In this document: positions 13,681-25,805 of the stretch, piece by piece
Position numbering within the stretch: position 1 is the first letter of the stretch
How the letters are laid out: every line of letters begins with the position of its first letter
NCBI RefSeq assembly: GCF_006345805.1
Contig: NC_043007.1
Coordinates: forward strand, 43,648,001-43,712,000
DNA length: 64,000 bases
Reading direction: 5' to 3'
From: Octopus sinensis
Taxonomy: Eukaryota
Notes under the pieces: generated by a model
What the model saw: only the letters and a program-made list of their open reading frames with translations
What the model was told of the DNA's origin: nothing
Databases searched by the model: none
Made by a program: the position numbers and the translations under genes

Positions 13681-14452
13681 TGAGCACGCCATTTGTTTTG
13701 GGGTATGCGGCCCATCTTATGTTGCGTTACCCCCAATTATTCTTTTCTTTTTTCCTTTTTAATCTCCTCTTTTTTCCTGCTTCTTTGTTTTTAAATGTTA
13801 CAATTTGAATTAAAATGATATCGTAAATAAAAAAATTCAATACAGGGGGAAATATTTTGCACTTTCGCAAGAGTTTTGACTCGAGACTGTGAATTGAAAC
13901 CAATTTTCTTATAATTGGGAAGAGTCATAATTAATACAAGCTATGAATATACTCACCAGTAGTTGCTTGTGTATATTTCACTTCTTTTCCTTTTTCAAAA
14001 CAATTCAGAAAGGGAAGTGAACAATAGACTAACAATAACGAGTGAGTATATTTTGTAGACTTTAACAGATTATGTTCTTATCAAATATAACAATGGCTCC
14101 CGAAACAAACTTTGCGTTAATGGTCTCTCTTTTACTCCGTGATGAAAAATGAGTGCTACAAATACTTGAGTATTGACGAAAATTGATGATAGGAAGTGAC
14201 CAATGTATCTGTCTCCCCATACCAGACTTAAAAAATAAGTCGCAGCTCTACTCAATATATCATACCACAGTGTGTTTGCTGTAACAATACTGTTATAAAC
14301 AGCTACGATACTTGACTGAATAATAAAGAAGACTTGTACAACAGTTATAAAGATCTGCATCATCCTGAAAATCAACTGGTAGCTTGCACTAAAATGGCAA
14401 TATGCAAAGAATTTATCTCAGAAGAAAAAAATAGAAGCGACATAAAATCAGT

Positions 14453-14490
<38 letters not shown>

Positions 14491-14857
14491 CGGGAAGCTT
14501 TATGAAAATAGACAAAAGACGAAGGCAGGTGGAAAACAAACAAACAATTGTATTAGTATGGCGCTCAGGAAATATAAATAAAACAAGTCTTTAACGTTTC
14601 GAGCCTACGCTCTTCAACAGAAAGATACACAGAGAGAAAAAAAACACAGAAAGAAGGAGAGAAAAAAAAATGCGTGCAGTAACTAACGAATCAACATGGC
14701 GATATATATATATATCTTATGATAATAAAGGTCACAAAAGTGACAGATGGTACTGACTATCACCGCTTTTGCTAAAAATAAGAGTTAAAATAACTCAAAA
14801 GCCACAAAAGCAATAAACTTAATGACTGATAAAGGGAGGTAAGTCTCCAGCGTACAT

Positions 14858-14913
14858 AGTTGGATCACGATTTCGGATTTTGATACAGACCATCTTAATC
14901 CTCATCAGCGACT
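14858..14913 (-). ncRNA. Type I hammerhead motif (unit copy 1)
   Basis: AGTCG-CTGATGA-GGATT...AATCC-GAAA-TCGTGA-TC-CAACT; core intact, one stem I mismatch. Confidence 0.75.
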
Positions 14914-15183
14914 CTTAACGCCTAGGGTTAAACTCAACCACCTCTGTCAATCTTATAAGAAAAACCGTTGAAAGCCTGTACGTATTTTCAAAAAGGTAAA
15001 AGTTTAAGCAACAAATTGGCTTATTAGCAATTAGAACCTAAAAGCAAAATTAGTAGAGGTCACAAGAGGTCACAAAAGTGACAGACGGTACTGAAAAGCA
15101 CTGCTTTTGCGTTAAAATAACTCAAAAGCCACAAAATCTCTGCCCTACCGACTGACAAAGGGAGGCCAGTCTCCAGCATACAT

Positions 15184-15239
15184 AGTCGAATCGCGACTTC
15201 GGATTTTGATGTAGACGATCTTTATCCTCATCAGCGACT
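15184..15239 (-). ncRNA. Type I hammerhead motif (unit copy 2)
   Basis: AGTCG-CTGATGA-GGAT...ATCC-GAAG-TCGCGA-TT-CGACT; perfect stem I, A15.1 changed to G. Confidence 0.65.
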
Positions 15240-15516
15240 CTTAACGCCTAGAGTTAAACTCAACTACCTCTGTCAGTCTTATACGAAAAACCGCTCAAAC
15301 CGTCCTGATTTTCAAAACAGTAAAAGCAGCAAAAGCGGTGCAACTCAGAACCCTTTGTCACTTTTGTGACGTCTATTAATTTTTCTTTTTTGGTTCTAAT
15401 TGCTAATAAGCCACCCTTTTTTAATTTGTTGTTTATATTTTTATCGTTTTGAAAATCAGCACGTTTTCAATGGTTTTGATTCACAGATGTATTTGAGATT
15501 AACCTTAGGCATAAAG

Positions 15517-15572
15517 AGTAGCTGATGAGGATTAAGATCATCTATATCAAAATCCGAAATCGAGATTTGACT
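15517..15572 (+). ncRNA. Type I hammerhead motif (inverted copy 3)
   Basis: AGTAG-CTGATGA-GGATT...AATCC-GAAA-TCGAGA-TT-TGACT. Confidence 0.65.
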
Positions 15573-15833
15573 ATGTACGTTGGGGATTTATCTCCCTTTG
15601 TCAGTTATTAAGTTCAGTGCTTTTGTTATTTTTGAGTCATTTTAACTCTTATTTTTAGCAAAAAGCGGTGCTAGTCAGCTCCATCTGTCACTTTTGTGAT
15701 CTCTATTAATCTTGCTTTTAGGTTCTAATTGCTAATAAGCCATTCTTTTTAGTTTCTGTCTGTCTTCTGCTGCTTTGTTCCCTTTTTCTCCCTTTTTCTT
15801 TTCTTTTTTTAAAAATATTTTTAAAGTGTATAA

Positions 15834-16165
15834 TCTCTCTATATATAAACGGCAAAATATCTGTCTGTGTGTGTGTCCTTTATACAAATCCACAATTTTT
15901 CAGTTAGAGGGCTCGCACTTTCTATGGTCATTCAAAACCGTCCAAGGGTGGTCGTGCACATCTTTACATTTCCCCAGTCACCACGCAAAGCCATTAAAAA
16001 CTCAATAGAAGTGACTTTTTGTGAATTTTCTATCCAAAACCCAATCATAATGCCCGAAACTTGATATGCCAATTGAATGCCAGCTTGCTGTATGTGATTG
16101 GTCGGAGATTTGGACAGTACTCGCGTGTATGTGCGCACGCACGCAGCTGTATATGCATGCACTAG
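15834..16165 (+). mobile_element. Possible non-autonomous Helitron
   Basis: 5' TCTATATATAAA followed by tgtc-type repeats; 3' GC-rich tract then CTAG. Confidence 0.35.
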
Positions 16166-17658
16166 CACTATTAGTAAATAAAGTATTTTCTAATTATATG
16201 TAAAAAAAATTTGATAGGTAATTATAACTTGACGATGAAGATAATGAAACATTAGAAGGAATGCTTATGCAGTCAAAGAGGTGCGTAGATCTGATGAGTT
16301 GTTATAGTTCTGTGTGATAATATTAACATCGGTAATACCTCTACAATTGAAACAAGAGTAGTAGAAGGAACAACAACAACAATATAGCATATATGTTCCT
16401 TTACTCCTATGGCATTTGCCAACATCAGAATATGAGGTACTAGTTTCTGTAGATAGCTGGTAACACATTACCCTGGCGGAGTACAGTACATTAATTTTCT
16501 AACTAGCTCAATAATTGGTTATCAATAGTTTTGTCAATATTGCGTATTGGAAGCCGAATGAATATTATTGGTCTACATTGCACAGGAGGTTATTTATAAA
16601 AAAACAATTATATTTTCAATTTTAAAATTTAAAAGAATATTGTATATCTTCTTTCATTCATTCATATTTGCCAATGACAAAATTATGAATTCTTATTTTC
16701 TATACACCTAAACATTAGCATCATATATTTACTAAAGCCTTAAATTATATTTTTTAAAGTATACAGTTTACGTGAGTACACAACAGGTCTTAGATAACAT
16801 TCAGCACAATAGCCCTCAAACGGTGTATATGTTTTGAGAGTCACCATGTCTAATTTTCCATTTGAATGCGACGGTGTCAAATACTAAAATTCTAAAATAT
16901 GAGGACACTAAAAAGAATTATAACCAAATCATTGATTGCGGTGTTTATTCTATTTTAAGCCATAAATTCTGTTCACAGTTGACACGAGCCTGGCATAATG
17001 CAATACACGAGATTTCATAAGAACAATAACCTCGTAAATGACATTTGACATCTTTTGATCGTAAAGATTCAGCGCCAGATTTCATAGGGTTAGGTCAAAC
17101 CAAAGGCCATTGTACGCTGAAGATGAAATATGAATATATGAATATAAAGTAGATGTTGAGAATCAATTCTCAACATTCAAATTCCGAAGATAAAAGTTTG
17201 ATAGTTTTGCTGGTTCTTTAATTCTTTAGTTTATTCTAAATATTACAGAGGACGTACTGAATTAGAAAATACATTTGAACATCGGAGAAAATGTAGTATT
17301 TGTTGCGGATCTCTGCAGAGTTCAAACCCCGCCGAAGTCATCCTTTTGAGGCCGAGAAAAAGTTCCAACTCATGGAGGTGGATTGGCGGAACGTCAACTT
17401 TTCACATTTGTTCCAGCTTTTTGCTTTCTGAGTTCAAATCTCACTTTGGCCTGTTTGTGTAATAAACTTAATCTGCAGCTAGTTTGAAACTGTCGCTTCT
17501 CTGCTGTAGTGAGTTATTTCAGCTAAGGCAGATCACTGCCGTTTTATTCATACGACTCCAGCTCTGATTGGATAGTACTTTCCACAGCACAACTGAACTA
17601 TGCCACAACAACAAAATAGATCTTTCCTATCTCGCTACAACACACACACACATATATA

Positions 17659-18949
17659 TTGGGTTGGCAACTAAGTTCCCGCCCTTTTTTAAATTTTGGA
17701 ATTTATTGCGTTTTTAAATTTTGGAATCTATTTTTTTCGAGAATTCTATTTTCGAATCATTTTCGAATCTATTTCTTTTTTTCTAGTTAATTTTAGTTAT
17801 TTTTTGTTATTTTCAGATCATTAAAATGGGATGTCAAGTTCAGAAAAACGAACATTTTCGACAACTCCTTATTTTTGCTTTTAATGAATGTTCTAAGGCC
17901 GCAAAAGCTGCTCGCGACATTTGTGCTGTGTATGGAGAGGGTTCCATAGCTGAAAGAACCGCTCGTGATTGGTATGCCAAGTTCAAAAATGGAAATTTTG
18001 ACCTCAAAGACGCACCTCGTTCTGGCCGTCCAGTTGAGTTTGATGAAGAGAGATTAAACCAACTTTTGCATGAAAATTCTCGTCAAACGACAAGAGAACT
18101 GGCAAAGAAAATGGAATGCTCCCACACTGCTATAGAGAAGCATCTTCACTCGATGGGAAAGGTTCAGAAGTATGGAGCATGGGTTCCGCATGCTTTAAGT
18201 GACAACAATAAAAATCAACGAGCCACAATCTCCGCTGGTTTGCTTGCTCGTCCCCGCTCAGCTCACGGACACAAGCTACGATTTCCTTACCGAATCATTA
18301 CTGGCGACGAAAAATGGTGCCTGTACATCAATATGAAGCAGCGTAAGGAATGGCTTAGCCCCGGTAAACAAGCGACACTGCGTGTGAAACAAGATCTTCA
18401 TCCGCATAAAACGATGTTGTGCGTATGCTGGGACTGGGAAGGGATTATCCATTACGAATTGCTTGAACGGAACCAAACGTCAACGCGGAACTTTATGTTC
18501 AACAGATGGAACGAGTCAACACGGCTATTCAAGAGAAAATACCTAATCGTCAGCATGGAGTTCTTCTGCTGCACGACAACGCCCACCCTCATATCGACAA
18601 TATGACCAAGGAAGTCATTCAAACGCATGGCTGGGAAGTGTTGCCACACCCACCGTACTCTCCTGATATGACACCAACGGATTTCCACCTCTTTCGATCT
18701 CTTTCAAATGCTATGCGCGGAGTTTCGTTCAATACTGATGCAGAATTGAGAGAGAGGTTGGTTGGATCAATTTTTCGAGTCGAAATCAGGTAATTTCTCC
18801 CAACGAGGTATTGAAAATTTTGTTGAACGTTGGAAAGAAGTTGTAAACAACAAGGGTGAATACATTTTTGATTAATTAGTTGTTATTTTTTATTAAACCT
18901 TTCAAAAGATTTAAATTTAAAAAAACGACGGGAACGTAGTTGCCAACCC

Positions 18950-18951
<2 letters not shown>
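17659..18951 (+). mobile_element. Near full-length mariner DNA transposon (mellifera-subfamily-like)
   Basis: TIRs ttgggttggcaactaagttcccg / cgggaacgtagttgccaacccaa; about 1.29 kb; TA at the left flank. Confidence 0.95.
17826..18875 (+). pseudogene. Mariner DD34D transposase with two frameshifts (about 18480 and 18750)
   Basis: PRSGRP, WVPHAL, ITGDEKW, LLHDNAHPH, HPPYSPDMTPTDFHLF, ending GEYIFD-stop. Confidence 0.93.
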
Positions 18952-19006
<55 letters not shown>

Positions 19007-20359
19007 GTATATCAACAATAATAATAATAATGATTATTACGAAGTTGCATACCCCTTACTATTTACAACAATAACAACAACAACAACAACACACACACAG
19101 ACACACACACATACACACACATGCATGTATGAGTACAGGATGTAACCAACATGAAATACGAAAGCAAATGAGTTCAATACGCAAACAACGAGAGAAACAA
19201 ATGGAAAACAGGACAAGTAACATAAAGAACGGCCCTTCGTAAGTTGTAGGCTGTCTATCTACTCTTCATTTTGAGCATTGAACGACAATATGAGTTTTCG
19301 AAGACAGTTGCTCCCATACGTACCAAAATAAAATTTGGGACTTATGGAAGGTCAAAGTTGGGATCAAAAGCAGGACAGTGGGGACATACAAGGAAACCGA
19401 ACGAAAACAAACATGGAGGGTCAAGTTAACAAGGGTAAAATAGCGAACGCTGGAGAAATATTTTCTTTCACAAGAGAAAAGATAGAAGAGAGAGATGGGA
19501 TGCGTACTGTCCTTAGGACAGATCTGATAGAAAAGAACGATGATCACGTGAGGAAGAGTGAGGTGGAAGATGGTCACATGTGAGCTACGAGAGAGAGAAA
19601 CGGAGAAACGGAGAGAGAGACAGACAGATAGAAAACGGGGAAGGAGGAAAAAAGGGAATTAGAGAAAGGATGAGAAAGAAAACAGTATAAAGTAGAGTGG
19701 CATCGAAAATATGCATATTAATTATACCATTTTAAACTTGAAATGGGAAGCCTGCCAAATTTGAAGCTGATCTGGATGGAGAGGGCATATCATTAAAAAG
19801 GTCGCGAATGGCAACGAAATGACTTTGGCAAACACGATTGATTGATTAACGGACTGATGAAGTAAACAATAGATTAGTTTGTTGGTTAAATCGCTAACCA
19901 ATTGATGAATAATAATAAAGTGAAACTGAACCAGTGCGAGTGTTTATCATTGGCGTAAAGACCCTCCCCACATACAAGAAAATTTAAAAAATTATTATTT
20001 GCTTTGAAGTCAATTCCGAACTTAGCACTTCGACACTTAGTATTCAATAAAATCGGTTCCAGGCTGAAATATTATTCGTATCGATATGATCATCGCACTA
20101 TAAACTGCAGGCTAAAACAAGTAAATGCAAAATAAAAAATAACTGAGCAAAATAAACAAAATCGTTGCAAATTGATAATAATTTCCATTAGCTTAGAAGG
20201 CGAACTAATTATAAATAAAATAAGGAAGATTACTTCTTAAGAAAATATTTTGGTTTCGAAGAAATTTTTGGTAGAATTATTTTCACTCAATACTGGCATT
20301 TGAGGTCGTGGAAAAATTAAATTATTGAAGTCACTAAAATGGTATAAACATTGTATTTG

Positions 20360-20412
20360 GAATATGTGTGAATGTGTGTGTGTGTGTGTGTATGTGTGTG
20401 AGAGATAGAGAG

Positions 20413-20486
<74 letters not shown>

Positions 20487-21300
20487 ATAGAGAAAGAGAG
20501 AGAGAGAAAGATAGATAGAGAGGGGAAGAGACAGAGAAACAGACAGGCAGAGAGAGGGAGGGGAGAGACAGGCGTGGATAGTAGGGGAGAGAGACAGAGA
20601 ACGAAAAATTGAGAGGAAGGGAGAGAGAGACAGGAAGAGAAAGTGAGAAAGACAGATAGAGAGGGAGAAACAGACAGAGGGAGGAGAGAGAGAGAAGTGG
20701 ATAGTAGGGAGAGAGAGAAGTGGATAAGAGGGGAAAGGAAAAAGTGGATAGGAGGGGAGAGAGACAGAGGACGAAAGATTGAGAGGAAGGGAGAAAGAGA
20801 GAGGAAGAGAGAGTGTGAGAGAGATAAGACAGTGTAAAAGAAAGCGGGTTGTGAGAGAGATGAAATAAGACTGAGAGAGAGGGAAAGAGAGAAAGAAGGA
20901 GAGGAAGAGAAAGGGAGAGGGAGAGGAAAAAAGGAGAAGGAAGGAGGGAAAGAGCAGGAGGGAGGGGAGGGAAGGATAGAGGGGGGAAGATGAAAAGTAA
21001 AAGATAGGGAGTAAGAAGGAATAGAAATACGTACAAAAAGAGAGAGAGAGACAGTGTGTGTGTGTGAGAGAGAGAGAGAGAGCGTAAAAGAGAAGACGAA
21101 AGAAAGAGAGAAAGAAATGGAGAGAACGAAAGAAAAGGAGAGAGAAAAAGATTAGGAGAGTGCGGGAGATGGAGGGAGAAATAAAGAGTGAAAATAAAGA
21201 GGGAAGGGAAGAAAAATGTATAAAGAGTGTAGAAAGAGAGCGTGAACGAGGGAGGAAAAGGAAAAGGCGGAGAGAGCGGTAGAGAAGGGGAGAGAGATAT
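20360..21300. repeat. (TG)n, (GATA)n and a long polypurine low-complexity tract
   Basis: Seen directly; explains the Ser/Leu-rich ORFs. Confidence 0.95.
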
Positions 21301-21742
21301 AGTTCCCAGTCGACATCTCTAGCAATCAAAACAAGCCAATTAAATACTGTAAAACAACTAAAGAATATCAATGTTAATATATTTTAATACATTTATTTAT
21401 TTGGGTAATTAGATAAACATGTTTACATTTCACCAATAACACACGCACAAACATATATGTACACGCACACACATATGTACCAACACAAACATACGCACAA
21501 ATACACACACACACACACACACACATACATAATTAGACAACAAACACATATATGTAATTCTAATCGGGTAACTTTTGTTTCACTGCGGACAGTAATAAAG
21601 GAAAATTGCCACTATAAGGTATTGTTACTATGATACAATACGTCCAAATATTTGTACACGCAGGCACGCACACACACACGTATGTATGTATGTATGTATG
21701 TATGTATGTATGTATGTATGTATGTATGTATGTATGTATGTA

Positions 21743-21784
<42 letters not shown>

Positions 21785-22384
21785 TGTGTGTGTGTCTGTG
21801 TACTTATAATTGTTTGTATATATGAGATTTGAGTATGTATAGAAAATTCTGTTCGAGATTTAGTATTATTTACGAGAAAAGAAATGACATTTAATGCTGC
21901 AAATTTAATCGTATATATTTTCTTATGTTTTCTATCACTTCTCTGTATTTGTATTATTTGTAAGATTGTTTTGAATATCTGATATGAAAAATTCTTGTGG
22001 ATTTTAAATGAAAATATATATCGAATTAACTTTTTATATCTCTTCTGCGAGACCTACTTTTCTCGGTAAATGATTTTGCAAAGTCTTATGGAGTGAGATT
22101 TGGAGAATATGAAGCGTGCAGCATCTTTTCCCACCCGAGCTATTCCTGAACACTTTTAGTGACTTTAGTGCAGTGTGAGGTCGAGAGATCGAGTATTATC
22201 TTGAAAGAGAACCACTTGAACTTTATTAAAACAGATAATTTTCTATCGAAAACAATCTTTAAACAGTGAAGTTGCTCTGTTTCAACCCTAAAAGCTTATA
22301 ATGAATAATTCCTTCATTATCCTACCAAACACCCAATAAAATTTTCTTAATCACTGTTTGCTGTGCATAACATTGCCATAAAGA

Positions 22385-22600
22385 AAGCAGCGAGTTATAA
22401 GAGTCGTTAGCTCGTCGGGCAAATGCTTAGCGACATTTTCGTCTGTCTTCACTTTCTGCGCTCAAATTCCGCCGAGGTCGACTTTGCCTTTCATTCTTTC
22501 GGGGTCGGTAAGAAAAGAACCAGTTGAGTATTGAGGTCGATGCAATCGACTATTCCCCTTCCCCAAAATTGCTGGCCAAAATTTGAAACAAATATTGCCG
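22385..22600 (+). mobile_element. SINE family A
   Basis: aaattccgccgaggtcgactttgcctttcattctttcggggtcg. Confidence 0.8.
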
Positions 22601-23644
22601 TAAAAAATCTATTTCTCATCTCCTGTCACGACCCAGTTTTAACATAATGTCTGGTGATTACGTGAATAAGATAATTCATAGTAGCCAGGGTTTCCTAGCT
22701 TCTTCAAACGATAATGAAGGCCATAATTTTAAGGGGCTCACACTCGTAATCCGGAAGTTTTAATAAACACAGACTTTATAATCATTCTCTTTGTATAGAT
22801 TGTTTTGGGACACCCTGTATATATAGATATAGAAAATATCAATGGAATTAATATATCCGAAAGTACATGTTAGCACAACGTTTTCAAGGCGATCCTAAAT
22901 TAGGTGAATTCAAAGTGAAGAAAGAAAATATTTCTAGTACACGAACGCATACAAAAAGAACGTTAAGAAGAAATATAATCCAAGGAAAGCTATTTTTGTA
23001 TTCAACTCTTGGTGGCATCAATGGATAACGGAAGAATAAAAACTAACCATAAGAATTCTACGTTACATGGGGATTCTACGCCACAACAAACTTTTTAAAG
23101 AAAAATTATGCATATTATATAGCACATGAAAAACAATTATAATTAAAAATTGAAATATTTAAATGCCTTCCGAAATATGTGACAACATTTCATTGTAAAA
23201 TTCTCATTAAAGTTTAATAAAATTAATTTAGGAGTAATTATATAATACATGTCTTCAAGGCAAAGATCAAATGTAGAATTGCCAATTTTGTACGATGGTG
23301 AGTAACTAATAATGAATCACTTTAAGTCATACTTAACGTTCTTATCTTTTAAATACCAAATGTATTTAATAAAGTCGTAGAATTATCTTTTTCTTCTATA
23401 CTTAAATGAATGAGAATGATTATGAAATCTAAATTTCTAAATTATTGCAGATGAATCTATATGATGATCCTTATGATTCTCTGTTATTATATTATATCGA
23501 TAGATTGTTTTTCCTTAAACACTAATTTTCTAAAGGACAATTTTGATTTTACAATTACGCATGCATTTATTCACTTGTATTTGGTACCGATAGTTGAAAT
23601 AATTCATAATAGTCCTCCTCTCAGAATTAGGTGTTAAGACAGCG

Positions 23645-23748
23645 TTGTTGTTGTTGTTGTTGTTGTTGTTGTTATTATTTATTATTATTATTATTATTAT
23701 TATTTATTATTATTATTATTGTTATTGTTATTGTTGTTGTTGTTGTTG

Positions 23749-23785
<37 letters not shown>

Positions 23786-23842
23786 GCTGCTGTTGTTGTT
23801 GCTGTTGTTATTGTTGTTGTTGTCGTCGTCGTCGTTGTTATT
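23645..23842. repeat. (TTG)n/(TTA)n microsatellite
   Basis: Seen directly. Confidence 0.95.
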
Positions 23843-24142
23843 GAGTGAGAGAGCAGTGCATGCCATCAAAATGACACTAGGGTACAAATATACGCAGCCC
23901 AACATACCCGTCGTGATTATCCATCTGATAAGGGTACACCAGGCATATGCATCATAGCCATATGTGCGCAATATGATTATCTTATATTAAGATAAACAAC
24001 ACATGATCTTGTAGTCTTGAATTTTCTTCAGGTTGAGTAGCCCATCCTGCTCAAAAGGTCCTTGAAGAAAGTTTGTTAAAGAATGATGAACAAAACACCC
24101 ACATTTCTAGAGGTGAATTATTCAAACCTTAAAGAATTGCCA

Positions 24143-24205
<63 letters not shown>

Positions 24206-24208
<3 letters not shown>

Positions 24209-25150
24209 GTTTGACTCAGGTTCGGTCTTATTTCTGGTAGGATTTATTTGGGTAGGAGATACTACCTGTAACCTCAAGTATCCAAAAGCTTTCAATAGTT
24301 TTTCGAGTGCTTAGAACCCATCTGACAATCCTTGCTTTTTGTTGGACAATCCAAACTTTTTGTGGGAGCTCTACTGGGTATTTCATCTCAAGCTCATTCA
24401 GCCATTTCTCTATGTCTTTGCCTTACTATTCCCAAACACCAGTTATTATAGGTACAGCCTTGACAGTTCTCATACTCCAAATTCTTTCTATTTCAAATTT
24501 TAAGGGATTGTATATTTTGGTTTTCGTCCTCTTTCTTTTCGATAGTGGAATCGATTAGTAAGCAGCTTCGCTTTTCCTTATCTATAATTGTTATGTCCGG
24601 TCTATTATTTTCTAACTTCCAGTCCGTTTGAATAAGAAAGTCCCACAAAATCTTACATTTTTCCGACTCCAATACTCTTTCGGTCCGATGATTGTACCGT
24701 GTATTTCCAACTTCAAATCCCCATTTCTGACAAAGTTTCCAGTCTAAAACTTATACAACTTGGTCGTGCCTCCATTTTTATACTCTTCTTTGCCAACTTG
24801 GGGCATTTTTCCACAATGTGTTTCACTGTCTCATTCGAAGTTCCACAGGGTCTACCTTTTTCTGACATATTCTCTCCAAATATATTTTTTCTCGAGTTGT
24901 TTGTTTTTATTGATTGATCTTGGGCTGCTACAATTAGGTTCCCTGTATCTTTTTTTTTAATTGTCCCTTTTTCAACAAGCCCAGGATTTTGTTCCACATA
25001 CATCTTCAGTGGCTCTCCAAAATTGACTATGCAGAGGTTTCTCTTCAATCTGTCAGACGTGCTCTCTTTGTATTTCATTCTTGACCTTTTCTCCTTTAGT
25101 ATCTTCAGAGCTGGATCTATGCTTTTTAATAATATATTCATCTTCAATAC
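24206..25150 (-). mobile_element. 3' fragment of an RLE non-LTR retrotransposon (R4/Dong-like)
   Basis: LIVAAQDQSIKTN, degenerate CCHC knuckle (CGTSNETVKHIVEKC), KILWDFLIQTD, NRPDITIID; 3' end abuts (TAA)n at 24145-24205. Confidence 0.8.
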
Positions 25151-25225
25151 TTAGTTTTTAAAATCATTTTTTAACATTTGTATCATTATTCTTCTAGCTT
25201 TCATTTAACTTAGTTAAAAAAGATT

Positions 25226-25494
25226 GACAGAAATTGCAGGAAGTCGAAAGATGTCGTTCGCGAGTTCGTTCGTGGAGTCGCATGAAATCGTTGAGAAGTT
25301 GTTATAGTGCGTTGAGAGTTGTTTTGGATTGGTCACAGTTGTTGACAGAGTATTTGGGTATACATCACATGGAGACAGCTGATGTCTACTCCGTTCCGTG
25401 GTATAGTATATAACCCTGTTGTAAGTCCACGTTATAAAAGTGGCATAAAGCGCCACGATATAAAAGTGGCGACGAGGATATCTACGTCACAACA
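25226..25494 (+). repeat. 5' LTR (5'-truncated)
   Basis: Aligns by eye to 28350-28608; ends ...caaca just before the PBS. Confidence 0.85.
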
Positions 25495-25644
25495 ATTGGC
25501 GACGAGTGATTCGAAGCTTACGTTGGTCATTAACAATTTTTTATGATACAAAATATTCGTTAGTTATGGAAGACCTATGAGCTGGCATATTACAGTTGCA
25601 AAAGCAACAACAACAGCAGCAAGAGGAGTACAACAGCAAAAGTA

Positions 25645-25805
25645 GAAAGAGTCGAACAACAGTACTCAGGAGTCGAACAACAGTATTCAAGAGTCGAACA
25701 AAACTCAAGAGTTGAGCAACAATACTCATCAGTCGAACAACAGTACTCAGGAGTCAAACAACAGTAATCAAGAGTCAAACAAGTGTGCAGAAGAGTCGAA
25801 CAGCA
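25645..25805 (+). repeat. 21-bp minisatellite in the gag N-terminus
   Basis: About 7 copies of gagtcgaacaacagtactcag. Confidence 0.85.

Larger units (their letters stand above)
14729..15742. repeat. About 330-bp HHR-bearing unit: two tandem copies plus an inverted copy (retrozyme-like or PLE pseudo-LTR)
   Basis: ggtcacaaaagtgacaga recurs at about 14729 and 15068 and is inverted at about 15357 and 15686; copies are moderately diverged. Confidence 0.85.

Noticed and set aside
16285-16360. CTGATGA core at 16291
   Set aside because: No helix II or stem I pairing with the downstream GAAA
19160-19290. Repeat shared with 33105-33225 that hints at a type II HHR order
   Set aside because: Cores are degraded in both copies and no stem I hairpin forms; kept only as an unclassified repeat
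20317-21371. Long ORFs of 239 and 345 aa
   Set aside because: Translations of a polypyrimidine / (TCTA)n tract with no domain content
25645-25805. Regular short repeats resembling a CRISPR array
   Set aside because: 21-bp tandem units with no unique spacers, inside a retrotransposon gag, in eukaryotic DNA
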